The notes beneath the pieces are model-generated. The model was not told where the DNA came from. It saw nothing but the letters and a program-made list of their open reading frames with translations, and ran no database searches. From Psammoneis japonica (lineage: Eukaryota), in the NCBI GenBank assembly GCA_008632985.1, contig QPGO01000044.1:62001-126000 (forward strand): DNA of 64,000 nucleotides, read 5' to 3'. The position numbers and the translations under genes were made by a program. Each line of letters opens with the position of its first letter. Within the stretch, counting starts at the first letter, position 1. Shown piece after piece: positions 38,772-51,179 of the stretch.

Positions 38772-41700
38772 TCGTTTAGTCGTGGCGCCAGAACCCCGGG
38801 TGCGGCACCCGTTTTTTTTTAAATTTTTTTAAAATAAGGAAATTATGCATTCGACCAAGAAATTACTGTTTTTAATACGGAACAATAGCCGTTGACAAAT
38901 GACACATGCGTCCGTTGAATCGATAAGATGTCAACACGATTGTTTACAATCATTTCGGGCCTCATATGTACTCTTACTTTAATAATTGAAGATCAAAATG
39001 AGGTTGATATACCCAGAAATGAAAAACCCGGGCGCCACGCCCTATTTCTGGTGACAGCTGTATCTATAGGCACCAGAGGGGGGGTGATATTTTGAGATAG
39101 TGACGTGTGCTTAGTTGAAGGGGGCGGTGCACTTCAAGTGCACTGGCATAGTTTCCGGTGCACAGCGGTGCACTGATAAGTAATTTTTGACTTTCTTTCG
39201 TCCCTAAGTAGCTTTGTCCAAAAGGTCATTCGAAAACTCGAGGGGCGCGCCAAAAGAAAATCATCAAAAACTCGCATTTCTCGTTCGCGAGAGAGAAAAC
39301 ACACACTCGACGATGACATCTTACGTTATTTTGAAGGGCGGCGGATTCAAAATAACGCAGCAAACCCGCTCTCTTGGTGAGTCGAGCTTGAATAAGACAC
39401 TGAAGAAGTACAAGCTTGACACAACGTCACCAAAACTTGCAATTACAGGAAAGAACAAAAAGACCGGCGAAGTAGGCACTGACGCTGTTGCGACTAGTTC
39501 TATTGCACGGTATGAACCCATATGGAGGCTTTTTCGTGACTTCTGCTACCTGATTGATGATTCTGAAAGTGCCATGCTGCCGGCACGTGACTTGTGTCCA
39601 TCAGATCCTTTTCCTTCGAATTTGGATACAGCAATCCAGTTTACTCAGTTCAGGACAAAACAAAAAGGCGAACCACTACTTCACAACCGCACGAACGCTC
39701 CTGTAAAGGACCGGTATGGAAACCCTATCACCTGCATTGGTGATTGGAAAGGTCATTCTTCCATTGGGCTCTTCCGCACTGCCATGAGCAAGCTTCACAA
39801 GCACTACGAAACGACCAATGGCGAATACCGAGAAATGTGCACTGCTTGTCATGAGATTGGCGAGGAGGAAGCCCGAAAGGGCACTGGATGCCGCAAACAC
39901 CCTGGTGATCCCCATTTCTGGCGTCGTGGAAACACCACCAAACATGAAGATTTCAAGGCTGCAATTGACCAATGGCAAGACTACGCATCAAACTACTACG
40001 AAGCTAGAAGTGCTTTTGCATTCTTGCCTGGCGAGGTGCGGGCTATTCGAGACTACTGTTTGTCACATAATGACAAGTATCATCTAATGCTTTGGACTAT
40101 CATTATTGTTGGTACAAAGTTATTTCTACGCTGTGAAGAAGTTTTGGAGATGACGGTTGAAAAGTTTGTCACCGAGTACTTCCAAGTGTCGGAAAATGCC
40201 GTCAAGGGTCTCTGCACCAAAATCCGTGGCAAGCGTGACGAGAAGGATCTTCATTTCATGATTTGGGACGATGAAGAATGTCCTGAATTCTCAGGAACTA
40301 TTGCTATTCTCCTTTGGATGCATTATTCCGGCATCAAGTCGGGCAAGTTGTTTCCCACTAGAGACGAGTTGGAGCTCAACAAGGAACATCACGACGAAAA
40401 TTTTCCATACGACTCGCTCCTGGATTTTTTCAAGTTTGCTTGCGAAACCATTCTGGGAAGAGACATTGATAAGATGTCAACTGAAATCATTGGAACACAC
40501 ATTCTTCGAAGGACTGGCTTTGCGTTTGCTGAATGGGGCTCTACGCGTGGCGGAGGGCGGCTGGGTGAGATGGCCGAAGCGAACACATTGCTGAGCGCTC
40601 GTCACAAGAATACATCAAGTACCGCGACTTACCTTTCTGACAGTGGTACACTGAAGGCTCTAGTTGATAGGGAAAAGGACAAGGATGCTCACCGTGTTGG
40701 TAAATGGGAGCCCATCCATATGAAGCATCTTTCTTCATTTGCATCCGTCATGGTAGACTCTGCCAGGTACCGCAAGCCTCTACCAGAACTTGCTGATTGG
40801 TGCGTGACGGAACTGCTTGGTGTGCAGCAGAGCAACTTATTGACTGTCAAGCAGCTGTTCACAAAAGCTACATCATACACCCCGGACTTGTCTGATGAAG
40901 AAGAAATGAAGCAGTTCTTGATTCGTGAGCTTGGATCTAGCAAGGCAGAGGTGGTGATGCGAATGCACGACAAGTCGGCTGCAGAAAGAGTGCGTGCTGC
41001 ACAGTCTACAACTTTTGAAGTACTCACCAATACCAACAGTGCAAGGGAGAAGCGAGCTGCTACTGACCCAGCTCAAGATGAAAGGAACACCAAAAAAACC
41101 AAGTCCACAGGTGATACCGTCGTACAGTTTGATCGTGACTACCAATCTGAATTTAAATCCACCAAGGACGCTGCTACCAAGGTTCAGGTATTTGTGGATG
41201 CATGCCAGGACGTGAAAGATCAGGTGCGCGCCGGTAAGTCCTTGGAAGATCCTATCAAAAGCTTTGCATATCGAGCCGCTAGGGTCGTACAGTGCCTTGA
41301 CGACTGCTACGACGGCAAGGTTGATTGTTTTTTGCAAGAGAATTCTGGGCCCCTGTCAAAGTTCAGGACGTGCAACAAGGGTGTCAATCACAAGCCTACA
41401 TTCGATATGGCAAAACTGTAAGAGGACAGGACTTACCAATACATAGAAATACATAGCGTTGTTCATCATTGTCTACAGTGGTATCGCGCCGTGCTTCACT
41501 CGTTCGCGTTTCGACGAGCGACTCTCAATTCTGGTGAGCGGCAGTGCCTCCGTTGCTTTTCTACGACTACAAGTACGACCAGGTACGATCAATACCACGA
41601 CTACCCACGACCACGCGTGACGTGTACTTCGGTCTATAGTATGCTCTGTAGGCGCCAGTACTGATTCTACGTGAGTGCACAGTGCACAGCACAGATGTGA

Positions 41701-41945
41701 TCTCTTGTAGAGTGCACACTTTGCCGTTGGTTTTCTATTGAGAAATATCTAGAACTAGACAGAGTATAAGAGGGTGGCGTTATGTTATATCGAAAGAGTG
41801 TTGGTAATGCCGAACAAAGTAGCCGAAAATATTAGTGCTCCGTATGAAAAAATCAATTTCTTGGTCGAATGCATAATTTCCGTATTAAAAAAATTAAATA
41901 AAAACCCGGGTGCCGCACCGGGGTTCTGGCGCCACGACTAAACGA
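38772..41945 (+). mobile_element. TIR-bounded element with TA duplication encoding a tyrosine recombinase
   Basis: TA|tcgtttagtcgtggcgccagaacccc ... ggggttctggcgccacgactaaacga|TA. Imperfect TIRs of ~110 bp (about 38772-38885 and 41835-41945) enclose one long ORF. Confidence 0.9.
39313..41421 (+). CDS. Tyrosine recombinase (Crypton-like), 702 aa
   Basis: Intact and intronless. Catalytic residues in order: R (KLFLRCEE), K (KIRGKRD), HxxR (GTHILRRTG), H (SARHK), Y (TATYLSD). CxxC..CxxH insert before GNTT. First ATG is at 39313; the track start at 39214 is TTG. Confidence 0.88.
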   Translation: MTSYVILKGGGFKITQQTRSLGESSLNKTLKKYKLDTTSPKLAITGKNKKTGEVGTDAVATSSIARYEPIWRLFRDFCYLIDDSESAMLPARDLCPSDPFPSNLDTAIQFTQFRTKQKGEPLLHNRTNAPVKDRYGNPITCIGDWKGHSSIGLFRTAMSKLHKHYETTNGEYREMCTACHEIGEEEARKGTGCRKHPGDPHFWRRGNTTKHEDFKAAIDQWQDYASNYYEARSAFAFLPGEVRAIRDYCLSHNDKYHLMLWTIIIVGTKLFLRCEEVLEMTVEKFVTEYFQVSENAVKGLCTKIRGKRDEKDLHFMIWDDEECPEFSGTIAILLWMHYSGIKSGKLFPTRDELELNKEHHDENFPYDSLLDFFKFACETILGRDIDKMSTEIIGTHILRRTGFAFAEWGSTRGGGRLGEMAEANTLLSARHKNTSSTATYLSDSGTLKALVDREKDKDAHRVGKWEPIHMKHLSSFASVMVDSARYRKPLPELADWCVTELLGVQQSNLLTVKQLFTKATSYTPDLSDEEEMKQFLIRELGSSKAEVVMRMHDKSAAERVRAAQSTTFEVLTNTNSAREKRAATDPAQDERNTKKTKSTGDTVVQFDRDYQSEFKSTKDAATKVQVFVDACQDVKDQVRAGKSLEDPIKSFAYRAARVVQCLDDCYDGKVDCFLQENSGPLSKFRTCNKGVNHKPTFDMAKL

Positions 41946-42049
41946 TAGTCCAACGGACGAGAGGGCCTCTGACTCATGCTACACGGCACCGGTGTGGTCA
42001 TTGGCGCTCAATGACAAAAAAAAAAAACCGTTGAAAATGATTCTTCCGA

Positions 42050-43545
42050 AGAGCGCAAGCAACAACTGGACAGCCAAAACGCCATCGAGGCTGAGGATGC
42101 CTTCAGCCGTTTGTCAGTTCGAACTTGGCTCGCAGGAACATCCATTGTGGTGACATGGCTGACCAGCAACCTGCTGCCAATGTGGCACAAAATGCACTGG
42201 CAGCCAGTGCTCAGAGCCGCGGTGTTCCAAGAAAACCAGCTGCCACCACTCTGGCAGCGCCTGGCTGCCACGCCCAAGACTGGGTGCATTGCAACCATCC
42301 AAAACACAGTGGACGAGCAGCGCCAAGCATGGAACATCTGCTTTGATGTCCCCATTTCTGTCAGCATGGTCACAAAATTGGTGCAGCTCACATTTGCCAG
42401 ACACAACATGTCGTGGGGCAGTGCAACACCAACTGTGGATCCCGCATGGATCATCACAAGGGAGTCACACTGAGGCAGACCAGGCAGTGCTCCTTGACTG
42501 GGGCACTGAGCATTGGAGGACCAAATGGGAATTTGGCAATGGGGTCGGTTCGGGGACAAATCACTGAGAGCCTCACATGCTGATGCCAGCAATGGAGTCA
42601 GTTCTGCCACCCCTGCAGGTGGAGAGTCTGCACGCTCAACAAGGCAACAACTGCCGCACACTGCATGGACAGGCTGTCACCAACACTGAATGAGACAAAC
42701 CTGGTGAGCAAACACTTGTTGAAACTTCTGCACTTTGTCAAAAAGATCTCAGTTGCCTCCTTTGCTGCCGCAAGAGAAGAGGAGACTGGGGAAAGCTCAG
42801 CAAAGCTGCAGGGCACTCAGCCCACAGGCTCTTGCACAATTGTTGAGCACAAGAAGCACCCATCACTGTTGCAGATCTTCCACAGACACCCCAAGAGCCA
42901 GAAGCTGGCATCAACAGGGGGCCTCACAAGCCCGCATTCAAGTGCATTGACCTCCTGTGGGAGGACATGTCTGACTGCATTGAGAAAGGTTTTTGGGTCA
43001 TGCTGCCACATGATGAGATCAAGCATGAAGAGGGGCTGCACATCAGCCCAATCGGTGTTGCACCACAGCATGCGTGGCACCCATGGCCGACAGCCAACCA
43101 CTCTCATTTTGGAGTCAACTGCAGGCCACTCAACCAAATGCACGATGGCTTTTGCTGAGCACTCCTCTTCTTGGAGGATCGCGCACTGCTGCTGGGAGTC
43201 TCCTTCCCAAACCTGCCAGGGGAGCCACACCTGGCAGCAATCTTGGTGTGTCTGCCCATGCTGGGATGGGCAAACTTGCCACTGCTCTTCAGTCTTAAGT
43301 TCGGCAATGGAAATGGTGGCAGATCTTGCCAACATGGAGCTGCTTTGTGACACCAAAGCGCCTCCACATCCTCTGGAGCACTGCACAACAAGTCCACCAC
43401 TGCCACACCAATGGACACCTCCATTGGATCCAAATCTGGTGGTGCCAGTCCCATCCATGCCAGACCCAAACCTCAATCACACCAAGCAACGATGCTTGGC
43501 ACATGTCAATGTGCATGTTGATGACTTCATCAGCACTGTTCAAGT
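42050..43545 (+). mobile_element. Decayed Ngaro/DIRS-type fragment (gag and RT)
   Basis: LPPLWQRLAATPKTG..VSMVTKL resembles the gag at ~21900-22130. RT remnants IEKGFWVMLP..HISPIGVAPQ and VNVHVDDFI. Confidence 0.85.
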
Positions 43546-46500
43546 CCACCAAAGAACAAGCCCTCAACAAACAGCTGATCTTTGACCTGATCCAGGTCAA
43601 TCGCAGATGCTCCATTGACGTGGCAGCAGACCTGCACTTCTGTCATGATCTGGTGGTCCACTCATGTGCATCTCTTGCAATGAGGAGCAAAGGAGCCCAA
43701 GAACCTCCCACAGTGTGCAAATTTACCACGCTCCAGAGCATGGAACACACTGCAAAGACGATTTGTGGAAGATCCAACACTTCCTTCAGTGAGGACCCAT
43801 GCGCCACTTGATTTGACCCATCACACTTTGATCCAGAAGACAAACCGCCACAAGGACTTGAACAAGGGAACAGCAATGTGCCACAGATGTGGGCAGCAGT
43901 CAGCACCCCAGTGCCAGAAATGATGAGAGCTGCAGGACAACATGGAGCTGCCTTGAAACTTGCCACAAGCAGAGAGTCAATCTGGCTTGTCGATTTCGCC
44001 TTTGTCAATTACAGTGATGTTGTTCATGCAGCTGCGGACCCGATGCAACCAAGCTGGGAGGTCACCACAGAAGCTCAACAAGAACTGGATTGCTTTGCAG
44101 GTGGCATGAGAGTCACCGGAGGGGATGTCCGACCAGACAAATGCTGGTGGCATCTGATCGAGTTTGAATGGAAGAATGGGAAATGGGGCTCTGCGCAGAA
44201 GAGACAATCAATCCAACTGATGAAACTGACCCACACATGTGTGTCCAGGATCAACACAGGAACAAGAAAATGACACCCCGGCTGAACCCAAGAGAAGCCA
44301 AAAGCACTCTTGGAGTGTGGCCAGCTCCTGACAGGAACTGCAAAAAGTGGTGGAGACCCTCCAGAAGCAAGCAGAAGGGTGGGCAAATTGGGTCCACTCT
44401 GGACACCTCTCAAAATCAGATGCCTGGTTGTCTCTCACACAGCAAATCTAGAAAGTGCTGGATTGCTCCCTTCTAGCTGTCATCCTGACCTCCAAAGAGT
44501 GCAAGCACATTGAAGCCCCAATTCTTTGGCAAGGTCTGCCGAGAGCCAGACTGTGCCGATCGTTTCCGAGAGCAGTTCTGCAGGGCCCAAAATGGTTTCA
44601 AGGCCTCGCATTTGAATCAGTTGAGTTCACCATGTTCAAGAAACACATTGAAGCATTTGCAAAGCATGGGAAACAAGACTGAATTACAGGAGAGCTGACA
44701 AGAGCACTGCTCGAGAAACACAGGCTCAAAGTCAGAATGGGAGGAAGGTTTCTCAACGCATCATGCTCAGAGCATGGCATTCTAGCTGCTCTGTCCTGGA
44801 TCAAGCATCTGTGGAAATTCATGTCCCAGCACAACATCATCATCCAGGAAGACACTGCACAACTCCAGAAAAGACAAGCAAATGACTCCTTCCTGATGGA
44901 GAGGTTCACCAATGAAGGGTTCCGTGGTGCAAGACTGGCCACACTCAACAGGTGCCACTCCTTTCTTTGCAGGCCATCACCCCAGCAGATGTCACATCAG
45001 GAGATGGGAAGAGCATTCCAGAGTCAGCCTGAAATGGAAAACCTGACCCCTCCTTTCAATCACCATGTCACTGGCCCATCCAAGGCACACCCTCCACCTC
45101 TGACTGGAATCTGTGGAGGACAGCTCTTCATGCCACATGCATGAGAGCATCCAACATCTGTGTTGGGCAACTGCAATGCCCCCTGGGTGCATGGACCAAT
45201 GAGGAAGCAACAGAACAGTCATGGGTCTGGCTCCATTTGCCAATGGAAGACCGCATCTGTCACCATGATCTGGCCACTGACAACTGGAGCTCATGCTGCC
45301 CAGCAAGCAGGAGATGCACATGCAGAGCTCACAGGGGATTTGTTCCTGCAGAAGCAACACCCCCACCTCTGGACATTCAATGCACATGGACCCACAACAG
45401 AGGAAATGACACTTGGGGGATCTGCCACATGGGCTCCTCCCCATGTCTGCCGACAACTCAGGCTGTTGCACCCACCACCACTCTCCAGGAAAGGATGCTC
45501 CAACACCAGCCAGAAAGCAATGTTGCAACTCCAGCATCAACACAGATGATGATGCAGCCTGCATTGCCAATGCTGTGTGCAACGGAGCTGCCATTGCAGC
45601 AAGCGATGGCCAGGTGAAAGACACACTCAGGACACCTGCGTTTGCTGTTCAAGGACCTCTGGACAGCAACCATGTTGCAGGAACGAATGTGATCACAGGA
45701 CACCCAGGTGATGTTGAATCTCACTGGGCAGAAATCAATGGCCTGTGCACCATCATCTGCACCTTCAAAGACATTTGCACACTTCATGGCATCCAGGATG
45801 GCATGGCAGAAGCAGTGTGTGATGGCAAACAAGCACTCCTCAAGACATCTGACCTGCACAAGAGAGTCACGCCAAGATCAAACAACTTCAACACACCAAG
45901 TGCAGCAAAACCAAGCTCACAAAAAGCCCCATCAAGTGGAAGTTCTGGTGGGTCAAAGGACACCAAGACTCATGCCCAGATGCAAGCTGGACAGATGGGC
46001 CAGACTCAACATCGAGATGGACAATCTTGCAAAAGCCAAGTGGCAACACACAATGAGTGACGGAGCATCATCGTGTCATATGTCAGTGCAATGTTGAAGG
46101 CAAAATGTGGCCAGTTTGCATGGGTGGATGCAAGCTCTCCACAAAGCTGCTCAAACAACTGTTCAGTCACATCTGCAGAACTGAGCTGCTGCAATGCTGG
46201 GTCCATCAGAAACACCACTTCACACCGGAGAGCTTCCATCGCATTGACCAGGATGCCACAGACAAAGTGGCTGACCAACTCGGCACAGGATGCAGGAGAT
46301 GGCTGGCAAAGCACACTGCTGGAATCTGCGGTGTGGGCAAATGGCTCCAGTGATGGAAGACCCAGGACCACTCCAGAAGATGTCCAAGATGTGACGAAGA
46401 GAACAAAGATGCCAACCATGTTGCATCTTGCCTGGAGGCCATGGCCAAATGGAACAACTCCTGTGAAAACACACTGAGTGGATCGACAAGAATGATGCCA

Positions 46501-47000
46501 CTGCTGGACTTTCTGAAGCCATGCAAGATCACCTCCAGGCATGGCGCACAACAACGGATGCTTTCCAGCCACCGCCAATCCTTTTGCCAGGCCAACCTTG
46601 GGCAGGGCTGTTGCAGTGCAATGCATCATTGGCTGGGACAGACTCGAAGAAGGGTGTGAGGCCAAAGAATGCGCAGCAGTGCAGAGCAAACAAAATGGGC
46701 ACAGATGTGGATGAAGCAACTGCTGGAAATGCCACAATGCCTTTGGAAGCACCGCAATGACACTGCCCACCCACAAATGAGCAAACAAGCTGTGCAAGAA
46801 CTGGGCGCCCATGCAAGTCATCACTTCTGCCATGGCAGAGAACAGCTGTCTCAGAAATTTGCCCGCTGCTTTCAGGGACACCTTGTCACACTCCTGCCCA
46901 ATTGTCCAAGGATCACACCTTCAAATGATTGTGGCTTGCCAACGTTGTGGCCACCTGTGAAAGACAATCCAGGGCTCTCAGAGTTGGCACACACCTGCAA
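43546..47000 (+). mobile_element. Decayed non-LTR retrotransposon with RT, RNase H and zinc knuckle (Ambal-like)
   Basis: QALNKQLIFDL..DLHFCHDLVVHSCASLAM, QGLEQGN..PQMWAAVS, FAFVNYSD, RVTGGDVRPDKCWW. RNase H: AASDG, SHWAEING, VCDGKQAL, WVKGHQD, LNIEMDNLAK. CPRC..H...C near 46380. Confidence 0.88.
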
Positions 47001-47458
47001 GCAGCACAGCCGCAAATGGGGTGCAGCGCTGCCTCGAATCAACAAACCCATGGAAAAAAGTGACAACAACAACACCCCATCTCATCTGCATCATTGCTCA
47101 CAACAACAGGAGGACAAGAAAAAAAGTGCGCCAACTGCTGCACCTCCGACTGGGACCTCATGCCACAGATTTCAAGTTTGGTTTGTTCAAAAAGTTGCCA
47201 GCTGCACCGGGGACCTGTTCCATCAAATCTGGAAAACCGATGGCTCCATTTCTGCCATGCAGCATCCTGTGCCACAGCCCTGCTCAGGTGGGTCAATCAA
47301 TGAAGATGCTCCTTGACTGCATGTCAAGTGTGCCTTGTTCAAATGTGCCCCTTCAGATGCTGGTCCAGAGCACTCCTCTGTGGAGCCCTGCAGCCAGCTG
47401 GCCAAAAGCCCGCAGAGGGTGCCAGAAACAACTGGTGATTGTTGAGTTGATTGTCTGC

Positions 47459-49301
47459 CATGCACAGATGCCATGAGGATGCTCCAAGCATGGCAAAGCA
47501 CTGAAACTCAAGAGAGCTGTTTGTGGCTGCCTCAAACAAAGACTGTGCAATTTGTTCCGCCTTGAGTCAAAGCTTGAAGATGCTGGACACCAATCTCAAG
47601 ATGATGTGGATCCATGCCTCTTTGTGCAGGATGAGGTCATCTGCCTTGTGCATGTTGAAGACAAACTTTTCTTTTCACCGAAGCAAGAGCACATCAAGGA
47701 GGTGATCGAAAAACTCAAAATCGATGGCAGTCTGTCCATCAAAGTCAAAGATTCCGTCGCAGCAGGTTTTTCAGGCGTCCACATCGATCGCGACGCCGAC
47801 AATGGTGCGATCAAGCTAACCCGGAGCATTTGACCAAGCACGTCATTGATGCCATCCACCAAAGCCCGAACGCCTGCACCAGCTGCTCCATTGGTCAAGG
47901 ACACCGATGCAGACCCACCCATGGGTTGTAACGCAGAGTCCTTAAAGTGGCGCATGAGTCTGGGGATGGAAAAGCAGCACTTTGCACAGCTGTGCGGTCA
48001 GGAGACGTAAGCGCAGCAGGAGCATTGAGGAGGACACAAATGGGGACATGGAAAAATAGGCAACTTTCCTACATAATCTATATTTTGCTACTCAACAGTG
48101 GTGCACGTCGGTCAAGAATGGATTGAATGCCCGATTCGCAATCTTTCGACTTGCACGCGAGGACCATAAGCTCTTTCAAAATCTCGTAGTCATGACGATA
48201 AAAATGAGCAAGGCATTTTTCACCCAACGATGATAGAGGAACGGGCTGCTGACTCGCAGAAGAGTGACGAGAAGCATTCAATCCTACAGATAGAGAATGC
48301 GGCGGGTTACAATCAAGGAGATGAACCCGATCGTTTCGGACGGCCAGGTCGGAAGCATTGACAAAGCCCGAATAGCTGTTTACCCAAGAAACGATGTCGT
48401 CGATTTGAGAATTTAAGTCAAAGCCTTTTTCAAGCACAATCGGCCGTAGTGATTGAACTACGCTTTTCCAGCTGTCTCCTAGCCAATCTCCGATTGAAGA
48501 CTGAGCATGTCCTATGCGTTTTACATCATCGATAACTTGTTCTTGTTGGTCACACAATGCTTCTGCAAGGAGGTTCACATTGCGTTTGTACTTGTGAAAA
48601 AGTACTTCTTGCTCTTTATTTGGTCTCTCCATTGAGCCCTGACAATAGTTCTCTGGATGTTTGGGACCTTTCCACGGACCTCTCCACGGAGTACGCAGGT
48701 CTCCATCGGGGTTGCACAACATAATAGATCTCCAATAAAAGGCGCTGACGAAGCGATCAACAGGATCTCGGATTGTGATGGCAAATAAAGCCCTTTCCTG
48801 AGAATCTGACCGCAAACGATGAGGACAAGGAAACGGATGACACTCCGTCGGATCAATCTTCCAAAACGTCTTGAATCGAGAGTTGAAAGTACCCCCTCCA
48901 GCTTTTCCAATGTGTAAGAGTGTGAAATTTTCTTCCGGAAGTCGTATCATTTTGATACCTTTGACCGGTTTCGATGTTTGAGAAAGTGAGCACGGATTAT
49001 GCTGACTAATTCCTTGCAGCTTCACTGGATCATGTTTTCTAGTGCGTTGCAACTTGATGGATTCATGTTCAGTGGTGCCTTTAAGCTTCTTTGACATTTC
49101 ATCGGCATTAAACAAGAATGAACTCCAAGCTACCATAGTAACTGCACAAATAAATATGAATCCTTTAGATTTTGCCATCATAGTGAACGTACGACTAGTA
49201 GAGAGGAACCAGAACGGTCATACCGCTGTGAACGTTTATGAGGCTTTGTGTTACTTTTCTTTCCGTCGAAAATAAAGTGGCTGCTGGCTGCGGGTTGACC
49301 G
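47459..49301. repeat. Segmental duplication, copy 2
   Basis: Direct repeat of ~36890-38690, including the copia RT fragment ICLVHVEDKLFFSP. Confidence 0.93.
48078..49181 (-). CDS. Membrane-anchored sulfotransferase family protein, copy 2
   Basis: Intact 367-aa paralogue of 37501-38568 with the same motifs (HIGKAGGGTF, IRDPVDRFVSAFYW). Confidence 0.85.
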   Translation of the reverse strand: MMAKSKGFIFICAVTMVAWSSFLFNADEMSKKLKGTTEHESIKLQRTRKHDPVKLQGISQHNPCSLSQTSKPVKGIKMIRLPEENFTLLHIGKAGGGTFNSRFKTFWKIDPTECHPFPCPHRLRSDSQERALFAITIRDPVDRFVSAFYWRSIMLCNPDGDLRTPWRGPWKGPKHPENYCQGSMERPNKEQEVLFHKYKRNVNLLAEALCDQQEQVIDDVKRIGHAQSSIGDWLGDSWKSVVQSLRPIVLEKGFDLNSQIDDIVSWVNSYSGFVNASDLAVRNDRVHLLDCNPPHSLSVGLNASRHSSASQQPVPLSSLGEKCLAHFYRHDYEILKELMVLACKSKDCESGIQSILDRRAPLLSSKI

Positions 49302-51179
49302 GCCGTGCTGTTGTTCGTGCGTTTAGAAGAGAAACAATGTTACTCATGAACGTATCACATTGTTCTTGACATTTTGATGATTCTCAACGCATTTATCAGT
49401 TGGAACGCTCGTGCGTTATGTGCGGTGGGCGCGGTGGCCCCCACTCCCCGCCGCGCCCTCGCGCAGTGCACGACGTGGACAACGTTTGGGGAGTGGTTGT
49501 TCGCAGAACTTAACACAAGACATTTCATTTGAGAGACCCACTGAATCTTGCAGTTAACTCATTGGTTGTCTTGCCCCAAACAGGACAGTCTTCAGTCTCA
49601 TGGCTGAGTTGGTTGAGACCATGGAAGTTGGTCAATTTTCACACCAAAGCTTTGCACAGAGCTCTGGTGCAGAGGCTGCGGAGCACACCACAAGGCTTCA
49701 TTTGTTTTTCACACACCCTTTTTGTCACACACATGTGAGACATGATCCATCACACTCTTCCTTCAGCACAACAAAAAAATATCAAAATTGCTCTCATTGC
49801 TGGCGATCTTGCAAAATGTGCACTTTGTGGGTCATGAGAGATGTTGCAGCTCTCGCGAAAATTTGTCTGATTTCATCGCTCTCTTCAGCTGCGCCCCTGC
49901 ACAAAGGAACAAAACATGCTCTTGTTTCGTTCCTCTTCTCAAAAATGACTGTGGTCCCTGACCTCATGTCACCATGAACAATGTCATGTTCAAACTCCCA
50001 AACTCAAAAACAAACGACACAAATGGCCCCAAACTTGCCATGAAACAGTGCACTCAAGCACCACTTGACAACTCCAGCTCATGCATGACCCTCTCAGCTT
50101 TTTTGGTGAGCTCAAAATTTGGCCTCTCCCAACAAAGGGATTGTGCACTGTGTGCACTGCCTGTGTGTGCAGGTGCCTCTCACATGAGACAGTGAAGATG
50201 ACCCCGCCCATGATGGCATCTCAAGTTTCCACCTTGTGACAACAAAAATGACCATTGGAACAACCACGTTTTTCTCAGTCTGTGGGTGCTGTTCTCTTTT
50301 TGTTCAGCGCAAATGCAGCAGACTTGAGCACTTGTTCATGTTCATTGGGATTGTCTGGTGCATGTGGGGTGACCTCATCGCGCAATGACCTCAACCCGCT
50401 TTGCTCCAGGTTGCCAGTTCAAGCATGTGCATGCAGCAAAAAAGCACCAGAAGCCAGGCTTGCAATCTGTTTTGGGAAAACGGGCTGTTCTGCTGCCTTT
50501 TTTTTAGTTGTCCTGGTCTCCAGGCCTTTGGGCGTGGCGGGGCACGGGGGCCACCTTTTTCCTGTGATCGAGCCACGCAAACTCTGTGCAGCACCCAGTG
50601 TGTGCACCCTTGGCCCAAGCACACACTCTTTCAGGTGCACATGCATTGAGTGTGGGGCCCCACCATGGGGGTGCCATCTTTTTTCTAAAAATCACCCCGC
50701 CACATCCAAAGGCCTGCTGGTCTCCATTGTTTGCAGTGGACTCACATGTTGTTTTGCCGTGCTTGCTTTGGCAACAAGGGCCAGCTCAATCAAGTTGAAC
50801 ATCACACTCATCCTGTGCAGGGTTCACTCTGCAAGCCATAAGTGCAAGAAGCAGGGTCTTGCACTGGCAGCAAGCAGCAACACCCAAACTGCATCACTCT
50901 CCATTGTGAGTCCATGCGCTGACTGTTGCATGCGTTCTTTGCACTCCCGGTCACCTCGTGGAGACTCTCAGAGAATGCAGACAGACTGTGCACAAGGGTC
51001 ACATGTGGGCAATGTGTTCCAGTGCTCTCAAGGATTCCAGCATGTTTCCACACACAAAAAAAGTCACTGTGCAGACTTGCACATGAGAAAACTTGCCAGA
51101 GGGCACCAGAGCACATCATCTGTCTGTGCTCATTCTCTGAGAGTCGATGTGACCCACAGAGGTGCACAAATTGTCATCT

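Noticed and set aside
39214..39312. N-terminal extension of the recombinase ORF in the track
   Set aside because: It starts at TTG. In a eukaryotic context the first ATG at 39313 is preferred.
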